A stretch of DNA of 64,000 nucleotides from Polyangiales bacterium (GTDB lineage Bacteria > Myxococcota_A > Polyangia > Polyangiales > JADJQN01): the NCBI GenBank assembly GCA_964202905.1, contig CAXNJO010000003.1, forward strand, positions 576,001 through 640,000, given 5' to 3'. Every line of letters begins with the position of its first letter. Position 1 is the stretch's first letter. The notes under the pieces are model-generated. The model ran no database searches. It worked only from the letters and a program-made list of their open reading frames with translations, and had not been told where the DNA came from. This document shows, in pieces, positions 52,420 to 64,000 of this stretch. A program made the position numbers and the translations under genes.

Positions 52420-53115
52420 ATGCCTGTTCATCGCGAGTTCCATCGGGCCCATCTCGGCGGCTGGCTGCGCGCGGCCGTGCTCGGCGCGAACGACGGGATC
52501 GTCTCGATCGCGAGCCTCGTGCTCGGCGTCGCAGCCGCGGAGAGCGAGAGCGGCTTCGCGCTCACCGCGGGCGTGGCGGGTCTGGTCGGCGGCGCCCTGT
52601 CGATGGCGGCCGGCGAGTACGTCTCGGTGAGCTCACAGCGCGACGTCGAGCTCGCCGATCTCGCGAAGGAGACGCGCGAGCTGGCCGAGACGCCGGAGCT
52701 CGAGCGCAAGGAACTGATCGGCATCTATGTGAAGAAGGGGCTCCCGGTCGAGCTCGCGATCCGCGTGGCCGACGCGATGCTGGCCTCCGAGGATCCCCTC
52801 CGCGTCCACGCTCGCGAGGAGTTGCGGCTCGACCCCGACGACCTCGCGCGACCGCTGCAGGCCGCGATCGTCTCGGCGATCTCCTTCGCCCTCGGCGCCG
52901 CGCTCCCGCTCGCGGTGATCACCCTCTCGCCCGCGAGCGTCCGGGGCCCGCTCACGCTCGTCGCGGCCCTCTGCACGCTGACGGCCCTCGGCGCCTGGAG
53001 CGCACGCCTCGGCAGCGCACCGGTGCTGCGCGCCGCGCTCCGCGTCGTCGTCGGTGGCGGGGCCGCGATGGGCCTCACCTACGCGCTCGGCGCGTGGCTC
53101 GGCGCCGCGATCTGA
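52420..53115 (+). CDS. VIT1/CCC1 family Fe/Mn transporter
   Basis: LRAAVLGANDGIVS, SMAAGEYVSVSSQRD, HAREEL. Confidence 0.92.
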   Translation: MPVHREFHRAHLGGWLRAAVLGANDGIVSIASLVLGVAAAESESGFALTAGVAGLVGGALSMAAGEYVSVSSQRDVELADLAKETRELAETPELERKELIGIYVKKGLPVELAIRVADAMLASEDPLRVHAREELRLDPDDLARPLQAAIVSAISFALGAALPLAVITLSPASVRGPLTLVAALCTLTALGAWSARLGSAPVLRAALRVVVGGGAAMGLTYALGAWLGAAI

Positions 53116-53202
53116 GCCTCGGCGCGCTCGCGACGCCGCGGCGACGGGAAGGCGCGGTCTTGCGCCGTGTCTGTTAGCATCCAGCGCGAAAGGTGTTTCG
53201 CC

Positions 53203-54144
53203 ATGCTTCGACCCTCCCTTCGTGCCCGCTTGTCACCGGTCTCCGCCGCCCTCGCCCTCACCGCCCTCGCCCTCGCCGCGCCGTCGGCCACGCACGCGCA
53301 GGACACGGGCGGCGGCGCCTCGACCTCTGCCTCCGATTCGGTGACGACCCCGACCGAGGGAAGCGGCGGCACCGGCGATCCCTCGCTCACCGACGAGCAG
53401 GCGCTCGCCAACGAAGGCAGCGGCGGCGCGACGCCCCCGCGCGACAGCACCGACCCCTTCGAAGATCCGCACGAGGGCTACTACTTCGTCGGCCTGATGT
53501 ACCGGCAGACGGTCGTCCCGCAGTTCATGCAGGGCCTGTTCGTGGACGGCGGCGCGGTCGTCTCGAACCCGGGCTTCGGCGGGCAGTTCGAGTACCGCAA
53601 GAACAATTTCAGCATCCTCGGCAACCTTTGGTGGCAGGACTTCGCGTTCAACGGGCCCTACCGCGAGGCGGGCGACCCGGCGACGAACACCGAGATCCTC
53701 GACTCGGGCTGGTCGATCCTCTTCGCGTCGGCCGCGTTCCTGTGGTCGACCCCGTTCAACGACGTGGTCGCGCTCGAGTACGGCATCGACGTCGGCCTCG
53801 GCGTCGTGCTCGGCAACGGCGTGCGCACCGAGGGCTTCTCGACGGACGGCAACCGCACGTTCACCGCGTGCAACGGCGCCCGCGACCCGCGCGACACGGG
53901 CGGCGGCTACTGCACCGCGCCGATCGGCGGCGGCGCGACCGACCCCGACGGCCAGGACGGCGAGCACTACGGCGTCGTCTCCCGTAAGTGGTCCGACGGC
54001 GGCAGCGTCCCGAACGTGATCCCGTGGCTCGGCCTCCCGCACATCGCGCTGCGCATCAAGCCCATCCACCAGGTGCAGATCCGCATCGACGGCGGCTTCT
54101 TCGGCGGCTTCTGGTTCGGCGCGTCGCTCAGCTACGGCATCTGA
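53203..54144 (+). CDS. Secreted, probable outer-membrane beta-barrel protein
   Basis: Signal peptide ending HAQ; amphipathic strands; C-terminal FGASLSYGI. Confidence 0.7.
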   Translation: MLRPSLRARLSPVSAALALTALALAAPSATHAQDTGGGASTSASDSVTTPTEGSGGTGDPSLTDEQALANEGSGGATPPRDSTDPFEDPHEGYYFVGLMYRQTVVPQFMQGLFVDGGAVVSNPGFGGQFEYRKNNFSILGNLWWQDFAFNGPYREAGDPATNTEILDSGWSILFASAAFLWSTPFNDVVALEYGIDVGLGVVLGNGVRTEGFSTDGNRTFTACNGARDPRDTGGGYCTAPIGGGATDPDGQDGEHYGVVSRKWSDGGSVPNVIPWLGLPHIALRIKPIHQVQIRIDGGFFGGFWFGASLSYGI

Positions 54145-54150
54145 CCGTCG

Positions 54151-55539
54151 TCAGAGCATCCCGGCCGCGGCGAGCAGATCGATCAGCGCGAGCTGCCGCT
54201 CGACCGCGCGCAGCAGCAGCGTCGATTCCGTCTGCGCTAGCTGCCGTCCCGCCTCGTCGAGCTCCACGCCCGTCGCCGCGCCTGCGGCGTACGCGAGCCC
54301 CGCGCGCTCGAGGTTCTGCCGGGCGAGCGCGACGCCCTGCTCGGCGAGCGTGATGGCGCGCGCGGCCGTCTCCGCGCGTCGGTACGCGTCGCGCACCTGC
54401 ACGCGCACGCTCCGCCGGATCTGCGCGGCGCGCTCCTCGGCGTCGGTGAGCTGCGCGCGCGCGTCGTCCATCGCGCCGTAGCGCGCGCCGCCGTCGAAGA
54501 GCGGCACGACGAGCGAGGCGAGCGCCGTCCATTGCGTCGTCGTCGGGTTGAAGATCGTCGTCGGCCCACGGTAGACCCCGACCCACGAGAGGTTCAGCGA
54601 GGGCACGTAGCGCATCCACGCGTCGTCGATCTGCAATCGCGCGGTGTCGCGCGTCGCCTCGAGCACGCGCAGATCTGGGCGCGTCGCGAGCGCACGGTCG
54701 AGATAACGACCGAGCGGCTCCTCCGGCGCGGGCGGCGGCGCGTCCTCGGCGTCGACGGGCTCGTCCTGCCCGAGCGCCTGCCCGAGCAGATCCCACTGCT
54801 GCGCGAGCTGCGCGTCGGCCGCCTCCGCCCGCTGCCGCGCCTCGAGCGCCCCGAGCTCGGCGCGCGTGCGATCGAGCGGCACCGCCGCGCCCGCCGCGAT
54901 CCGCGCGGCGACCGTCTCCGATTGCCGCATCGCCGTCGCGAGCTGCGTGCGCGCGAGCAGCGCGCTCTGCCGCGCCGCGAGAACGGCGAAATACACGCGG
55001 GCGACCGCGGCGCGCACGAGCCGTGACGTCTCTTCGACGCGGAGCCGCGCGGCGCGCGTGTTCGCGGCGGCGACGCGCGTCGCGTTCCAGCTGCGCAGCG
55101 AGAGCGACTCCTGCACCTGCAGGTCGAGGTCGTAGCCGTAGCGGGGCCGGATCACGCCCGCGATGTTGCGCACCTCGCGGTCGAAGACGTTGAGGTTCAC
55201 GACGCCGTTCACGGTGGGCAGCAGCGTCGCAAGCGCCGTACGCTCGGCCGCCTGCGCGCGCCGCACGGCGACCTCCGCGAGCCGCGCATCGCCCGCCTCG
55301 CGCGAGGCCGCGCGCATCGCCTCGACGAGCCCGATGCGCCGCGCGGGCGGCGTCGGCAGCGCAGGCACATCGATGGCCGCGAGCGGACCGCCGAGCGCGG
55401 CCTGCGCTGTCGCAGCGGCCGGAGGCGCCGTCACAGCGGGCCTCGCATCGCGGTCCTGCGCCCGCGCGCACGGTGCCGCGAGCGCCGCCCCACAGAGCGC
55501 GGCGGCAGCGACGAGATGACTCGCGCGGCGTCCCTTCAT
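54151..55539 (-). CDS. TolC family outer-membrane efflux protein
   Basis: Signal peptide; two helical repeats; LVVPLFDGG; YAAGAATGVEL. Confidence 0.85.
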   Translation of the reverse strand: MKGRRASHLVAAAALCGAALAAPCARAQDRDARPAVTAPPAAATAQAALGGPLAAIDVPALPTPPARRIGLVEAMRAASREAGDARLAEVAVRRAQAAERTALATLLPTVNGVVNLNVFDREVRNIAGVIRPRYGYDLDLQVQESLSLRSWNATRVAAANTRAARLRVEETSRLVRAAVARVYFAVLAARQSALLARTQLATAMRQSETVAARIAAGAAVPLDRTRAELGALEARQRAEAADAQLAQQWDLLGQALGQDEPVDAEDAPPPAPEEPLGRYLDRALATRPDLRVLEATRDTARLQIDDAWMRYVPSLNLSWVGVYRGPTTIFNPTTTQWTALASLVVPLFDGGARYGAMDDARAQLTDAEERAAQIRRSVRVQVRDAYRRAETAARAITLAEQGVALARQNLERAGLAYAAGAATGVELDEAGRQLAQTESTLLLRAVERQLALIDLLAAAGML

Positions 55540-55662
55540 ACGGCGCGACGATGGCACGCGCGCCGCGCCTGTCCACGTCGCTCCGCACTCGCACTGCGCA
55601 GGGGTGGCGGCACCGCGCCTGACGCCTATGCTCGCGCCCGCGCGACACGCCGCGCAGCGCGC

Positions 55663-56801
55663 ATGATCTCCCGTCGCCCCACCACGCGCTTCGCGCGCCT
55701 CGCCCTCGCGGCGCTCCTCGCGCTCTCGTGCGCGTGCGGCGGGAAATCCGGCGCTCCCGGCGGCGGCGGGCCCGGCGCACCGGGCGGCGGGGCGAAGCGC
55801 GCACGCGGGCCGCGCGTCGTGGTAGCCGCACACCCGACGGCGACCCAGTGGCCCCGCACGGTGCTGCTGCACGGCACGCTCGAGGCGTCAGAGTCCGTCG
55901 AGCTCGCCGCGCGCGTCGAGGGCCCGCTCGACGAGGTGCGCGCGGATCTCGGCGACGTCGTCGCACCGGGCGCGGTGCTCGCCCGCGTCGCGACGGCCGA
56001 CTTCGCCACGCGCGATGCGCGCGCCGCCGCCGAGCTCGCGCAGTCGGAGTCCGAGCTCGCACGCACCGAACAGCTCGCGGCCTCCCAACTCGCACCCGCA
56101 CAAGCCATCGAGCAGGCACGCACCCGCGTCGCCGTCGCCCGCGCCGAACGCGCCCTCACCGCGCAGAAGCTCGCCGACACCGCCGTCCGCGCGCCCTTTC
56201 GCGGGGCGATCGCGCGGCGCTTCGTCTCGCGCGGGGCCTTCGTGCGCGTCGGCACGCCGCTCTTCGCGCTCGTCGCCGTCGACACGCTGCGCCTCGTGCT
56301 CGAGGTGCCCGAGCGCTACGCGCGCGACGTCCACGCGGGCGACGCCGTGCGTGTACGCGACGACGCCGCCCCCGCGAGCGCCGACGTCACGGCCACGCTC
56401 ACGCGCCTCTCGCCCATCGTCGATCCCGCGCGACGCACCTTCCGCGCCGAGGCCACCGTTCCGGGCGACGCGGGGCTGCGCCCCGGCATGTTCGTCACCG
56501 CGTCGCTCGCTCTCGGCGCGCCGCTCGACGCCGTGCGCGTGCCGCGGAGCGCCGTGTTCACCGTGCTCGGGCAGGAGCGCGTCGTGCGCGTCACGGGCGA
56601 TCGCGCCACGCCCGCCGACATCACGCTGATCGGCGAAGACGGCGCAGATGCCATCGTCCAAGGTGTCAGCGCCTCCGACCTCGTCGTGACGCGCAGCGCA
56701 GCAGGCCTCGCGCCGGGCACCGCCGTGCGCATCGAGGTCGAGGGCGCACGCGCCGCGCCGACCGCAGCGCCGCGCGGAGAGGGCGCGGAGCCCGCGCGCC
56801 G

Positions 56802-56805
<4 letters not shown>
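55663..56805 (+). CDS. RND efflux periplasmic adaptor (MFP)
   Basis: Lipobox; VRAPFRG; LRPGMF; VPRSAV. Confidence 0.88.
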
Positions 56806-59883
<3,078 letters not shown>

Positions 59884-59902
59884 CCACCACGGGCCGGTCG
59901 GC

Positions 59903-60319
59903 TCAGCGGCGTGCGGACCGACTCCTGCTCTCGGCCAACCAGCGAGCCAGGCTCTCGGCGAGCCTCTCGTCGGGCGCGGCGCCTGCAAGTCGCTCCGAGA
60001 GCGCGCGGGCGCGGGGCGATCGTCGACCGCGACCGCCCGCGAGGACTCGCCCAGCACGGACGCAAACGCGGATTCGGGGAAGGTCCAGAGACGCAACGTC
60101 CTCGACATCGAGTGCACGACCTGAATGCCATTGCGCACCACGAGGCATCGCCGCGGCGCCGTCCGTGAGGTCGTCGAATCCGTACTGCGTCCGAAACTCC
60201 CGGGGGAGCAGCACGGGCATCGGCTCGTGGAAGGCTGGCGCGCCGCGATGCGGGTGGCGCAGCACCGTGGACAGCCACGTGCTCCCAGCGTGGCCTGTGC
60301 TGAATACCTAGTACCACAT
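59903..60319 (-). pseudogene. Sulfotransferase-like N-terminal remnant
   Basis: MWY*VFSTGHAGSTWLSTVLRHP...FHEP resembles the PAPS-binding TGxxGSTWL...HEP motif; TAG at codon 4; truncated. Confidence 0.5.
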
Positions 60320-60369
60320 GGCTGGTCGTCCTGGGCGGAGAGGGAGGCCCCACCCTTGGGCACCCATTC

Positions 60370-60552
60370 CCCATCCACGACACGCGGTCATCGATCCCCG
60401 CCGTCTCCATCGCGGTGCGGAAGGTGGTGTCCATCGCGTCCCGCACGGCGTCGCGCGCGCGCCCCCATCGCCGCGGACTCGTCGGGCAACACGATCACGT
60501 CGATGGGCAGGCGCACCGTGGTGCCCATCGCCTCGACGCCGGTGCAGACGAG
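60370..60552 (-). pseudogene. Frameshifted fragment of a paralog of the 61720-62952 gene
   Basis: Near-identical to 62480-62661 (LVCTGVEAMGTTVRLPIDVIVLPDES...RDAMDTTFRTAMETAGID) with a 1-bp indel. Confidence 0.85.
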
Positions 60553-60872
60553 AGCAGCGGGTTGCCTGGCGCGGGCGCAGGCTGCGGCCTGCGCGCCGGT
60601 CTGTCTGGCGACGGAGTCAGAGGAGTCGTCGTCGTGGGATCTTCCGAGCCCGCGGCGCAGCGCTGGCCCTGCTGGGTTGGCCGGGCGCATCCCGTGACGA
60701 ACAGGAGACCGGCGGGGATGGAGGCGATCTTGGTGAGCGCATGCTTCGTGGGAGCGTCCGTCTTCGAAGGCGAGACAGGCGGACGCGACCGCTCGTTACA
60801 GCGCCCGCGCTCCAGCGACCGGACCCGGATAACATCGCGCGCTCACACGCGAAGAGACCAAGGAGCCAGGCG

Positions 60873-61196
60873 ATGCGACAGTCGTTGAAGTGTCCGAAAT
60901 GCCAAGGGCAGCAGTTCCACCGGATTGGCGCGTGCACCGTTACAGCCCACGACAGCAACGGTACGGAGCCATTATCCGTCGCGGCGGCGTACCTGCCGAC
61001 AGGGGAGCGAGGGTTTCTCGGGGGAGAGGACCACGCGAGGTTCGTGGCACAGCTTCAGGCGGTCACGTGCTCGAGCTGTGGATTCACGGAATTCTACGTG
61101 GGAGAACTCGAGGTGCTCGCGTACATGGTGCAGCACACGGCGGGAGGGGTCAGGTTCATCGATGGATCGGTGGGGACCGGTGGCGCGTCCCGATAG
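60873..61196 (+). CDS. Small zinc-ribbon protein
   Basis: AAGGAG RBS; CPKC...CSSCGFTEFY. Confidence 0.75.
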   Translation: MRQSLKCPKCQGQQFHRIGACTVTAHDSNGTEPLSVAAAYLPTGERGFLGGEDHARFVAQLQAVTCSSCGFTEFYVGELEVLAYMVQHTAGGVRFIDGSVGTGGASR

Positions 61197-61214
61197 GCAC
61201 GCGGGGCGAAGAAG

Positions 61215-61586
61215 TCAGTGCGCGCCCGACTCGGGGAGGCCGCAATCGGCGGCGTCGTCGCATGTCGCGGCGTCGCCAGCGGGCACGGTGGTGTCGAAGT
61301 CGAAGTCCTCGACCTCCAGGCCGGCGCCTCCTGCGACTGGGTTGGACGTGAAGGTCTTGCCTGCGCAGTCGATCTCGACTTCGATCAACCTTCCGTTTTG
61401 GATGGAGCCTTTGACCTCGCCGGTGGCTGGGGAGAAGTGGATGGTCGAGGTCAGCTCACCGGACTCTTGGAAGTAGTACTTGGCGGCCTCCCCGTCGGGG
61501 CCGAGATCTCTCCCTGGCCGCGCCGTGCGCAGCCCCTCGGCCCACGGTGCTCTCCGCTCAACCCACCACGAGCCGCAGCTGTCCAT
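61215..61586 (-). other. Hypothetical protein or gene fragment
   Basis: Protein-like stretch KYYFQESG...LIEVEID...FDFDT; N-terminus unconvincing. Confidence 0.4.
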
Positions 61587-61719
61587 GCGCGGACGCTTGC
61601 AGCTCGGCGTCGGGCGGCGCTCTTGCGTATCCGCGCTCGTCGAACAACGGCAGCTGCGGCTGTGGGGGCGGTTTCACTGGAAGCGCGGCGAATCCAGCGC
61701 ATCGGCGTGAATCCCACCC

Positions 61720-62952
61720 TCAATACAACGACGGATCACACCCCGAGAGCACGCTGAGCGTCGCGTCGGCGTCGGCGGTCACGCGGGTGCAGGCGGACGG
61801 GCAGAGCGTGACGCGGTCGCCGTCGAGGAGGAAGCGGGTGTCGCTGCACTCGGCCGCGGACGCCGCGCGGAACAACACCTCCTCACCGCCGCTGCCCGTG
61901 CGATAGCGGACGGCGACGGTGCTCTCGTCGATGGTCATGCCGCCCATGGGCGGCGGCAAGACGAGCTCACAGGGCACCGCGGCGCGCGCGATGGCCGACT
62001 CGGCGATGCGCTGGAAGACACCATTGAAGAGGTCGAAGCGGCAGAGCGGGAATCGCAATCCCCCCGTGCGCTGCGCGATTTGCTGCAAGGTGGGTGGGTT
62101 GTCGAAGCCGCCTGAGCACGAGCCCGACACGAGCGGATCCGCAGGCAGATAGGGCATCTCGGGCGGGGAATTGACCGTGAGTCCGGCGAAGGTGTTGTAC
62201 GAGAACCGCGGCGCGCCCGCGGTGCCCCACAAGCCTGCATCCCGGGCGAAGAGCACCTGATCGAAGGTGCCCGCATATCCCGAGATCGACGCGCCCGTGC
62301 CCGAGGTCGCGTCGGTGAAGTGGACGAAGACTTTGATCGCGTCGGTGCGCAGCGTCGGGGCCCACGAATCGTAGATGTCGAGCACGGGTTTGAACATCGC
62401 CCCATCGCCGCTGCCGAGCGACACCGCCGGATAGTTCGTGATCCGCCCGGCGGCCATCAGCGAGGGCAGCGTCGTGCGGCCCATCCACAACACGCGGTAA
62501 TCGATCCCTGCCGTCTCCATCGCGGTGCGGAAGGTGGTGTCCATCGCGTCCCGCACGGCGTCGCGCGCGGGGCCCATCGAGGCGGACTCGTCGGGCAACA
62601 CGATGACGTCGATCGGCAGGCGCACCGTGGTGCCCATCGCCTCGACGCCCGTGCACACGAGATCCGGCGGCGCCGCGTCGAAGCCCGCGAGGTCCGGGCC
62701 GCCGCCCCCGCCGCCCGCATCGCCCCGGTCGACCTCGCCGCCGGCGTCCATCCCACCGGCGTCCATCGGTGCGACGCAGCGACCATCCACACAGGTGCTC
62801 GCGCCGCTGCAATCGCGCGTCGTCGTGCAGCGGCCGCGCACGGGCGCCGGCGCATCCTCCGAGCAGGCGCCGAGCAGCAGCGCCAGCAGGAGGGCCGCAG
62901 TGGTTGAACCAGTCGCACCGAACGTTGCGCGAGACTGATGGCAATCGTGCAT
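61720..62952 (-). CDS. vWA-like domain lipoprotein
   Basis: LLGAC lipobox, DAG linker, MIDAS-like DESASM, FVHFTD, C-terminal LCPSAC...GC. Confidence 0.8.
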   Translation of the reverse strand: MHDCHQSRATFGATGSTTAALLLALLLGACSEDAPAPVRGRCTTTRDCSGASTCVDGRCVAPMDAGGMDAGGEVDRGDAGGGGGGPDLAGFDAAPPDLVCTGVEAMGTTVRLPIDVIVLPDESASMGPARDAVRDAMDTTFRTAMETAGIDYRVLWMGRTTLPSLMAAGRITNYPAVSLGSGDGAMFKPVLDIYDSWAPTLRTDAIKVFVHFTDATSGTGASISGYAGTFDQVLFARDAGLWGTAGAPRFSYNTFAGLTVNSPPEMPYLPADPLVSGSCSGGFDNPPTLQQIAQRTGGLRFPLCRFDLFNGVFQRIAESAIARAAVPCELVLPPPMGGMTIDESTVAVRYRTGSGGEEVLFRAASAAECSDTRFLLDGDRVTLCPSACTRVTADADATLSVLSGCDPSLY

Positions 62953-63032
62953 GGCGAGAGAGGACCGCGCCCCGGCGCACTTGTCCATCCCCACCCTTGC
63001 GGACCGCGCGATGGCACCCTCATGCTCCCACG

Positions 63033-64000
63033 ATGCCTCCGCTCGACGCCCCGCACACCGATCTCGCCGCCATCCCCGCGCTCGTCGTGGACGTACGCCG
63101 CTTCTTCGACACGGGCGGCACGCGCCCGATCGCGTGGCGCCGCAAGCAGCTCGAGCGGCTGCTCGCCCTCGTCACCGAGCGCGAAACGGAGTTGTGCGAG
63201 GCCGTCGCGGCCGACTTCGGCAAACCTCGCTTCGAGGCGTGGGCGACGGAGACGGGCTTCGTCGCCTCGGACGTGAAACACACGCTCGCGAAGCTCGCGC
63301 GCTGGATGCGCCCCGAGCGCGCGCCTACGAACCTCACCGCGATGCCGGGCAGCAGCCGCATCGTGCGCGAGCCGCTCGGCTGCGTGCTCATCATCGCGCC
63401 CTGGAACTACCCCATTCAGCTCGTGCTCTCGCCGCTCGCGGCCGCGCTCGCCGCCGGCAACTGCGCGGTGCTCAAGCCCTCCGAGCTCACCCCGCACGTG
63501 AGCGCCGTGCTCGCGAAGCTCGTCCCCGAATACCTCGATCGCGAGGCCGTGCGCGTCGTCGGCGGCGCGGTCGAGGAGACGACGGCCCTGCTCCGCGAGC
63601 GCTGGGATCACATCTTCTTCACGGGCGGCGGCACGGTCGGCCGCGTCGTGATGGAAGCGGCCGCCAAGCACCTCACGCCCGTCACGCTCGAGCTCGGCGG
63701 CAAGAGCCCGTGCATCGTCGACGACGACGTCGACATGGAGACGGCCGCGCGCCGCATCGTCTGGGGCAAGTTCGTCAATGCAGGCCAGACCTGCGTCGCC
63801 CCCGACTACGTGCTCGTCCACCGCAAGGTCGAGGGCGCGCTGCTCGACGCGATGAAGAAGGTCCTCACCGAGTTCTACGGCGCGGACCCGCAACAGAGCC
63901 CCGACCTCACGCGCATCGTCAGCGCGCGGCACCACGCGCGCCTGGTCGCGCTGCTCGGCGATGGCGAGGTCGTCACGGGCGGCACGCACGACGCGGCGAC
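63033..64000 (+). CDS. Aldehyde dehydrogenase (ALDH3-like), runs off window end
   Basis: EPLGCVLIIAPWNYP, LKPSE, FFTGG, LELGGKSP, NAGQTCVAPDY; absent from the ORF track because there is no stop in the window. Confidence 0.93.
   Translation, partial: MPPLDAPHTDLAAIPALVVDVRRFFDTGGTRPIAWRRKQLERLLALVTERETELCEAVAADFGKPRFEAWATETGFVASDVKHTLAKLARWMRPERAPTNLTAMPGSSRIVREPLGCVLIIAPWNYPIQLVLSPLAAALAAGNCAVLKPSELTPHVSAVLAKLVPEYLDREAVRVVGGAVEETTALLRERWDHIFFTGGGTVGRVVMEAAAKHLTPVTLELGGKSPCIVDDDVDMETAARRIVWGKFVNAGQTCVAPDYVLVHRKVEGALLDAMKKVLTEFYGADPQQSPDLTRIVSARHHARLVALLGDGEVVTGGTHDAA

Noticed and set aside
63012..63026. TGGCAC...TGCT sigma-54-like promoter before the aldehyde dehydrogenase
   Set aside because: GG-to-GC spacing is one base short of the strict -24/-12 requirement

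Overview
Very GC-rich chromosomal DNA that reads as a myxobacterium, probably Polyangiales/Sandaracinaceae-like. The clues are a MYXO-CTERM protein, Cys-rich and RCC1 lipoproteins with DAG/DLG linkers, and Hanks-type Ser/Thr kinases. About 45 real genes sit among many spurious shadow ORFs. Housekeeping and metabolic genes include thiolase, tldD/tldE, coaE, glmU, nadE, rseP, an RND/MFP/TolC pump and an aldehyde dehydrogenase. Many secreted lipoproteins are interleaved with them. Four genes carry single frameshifts that look like assembly indels. Genuinely decayed DNA includes an IS4 transposase relic, an internally deleted ECF sigma factor, a sulfotransferase relic and a paralog fragment. I saw no rRNA, tRNA or CRISPR array. 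Main leads: (1) a radical SAM/SPASM gene followed by a Pro-rich lipoprotein with a leader-like extension and repeated Gly-centred motifs, a candidate protein-modification system; (2) five GAAT-N3-ATTC palindromes at a 22-23 bp period between convergent genes; (3) a PlsA/PlsR-like (anaerobic plasmalogen synthase-like) operon with a divergent TetR and a palindromic operator; (4) widespread TAnnnT boxes just upstream of start codons, suggesting leaderless transcription. All assignments come from motif recognition by eye; no searches were run.
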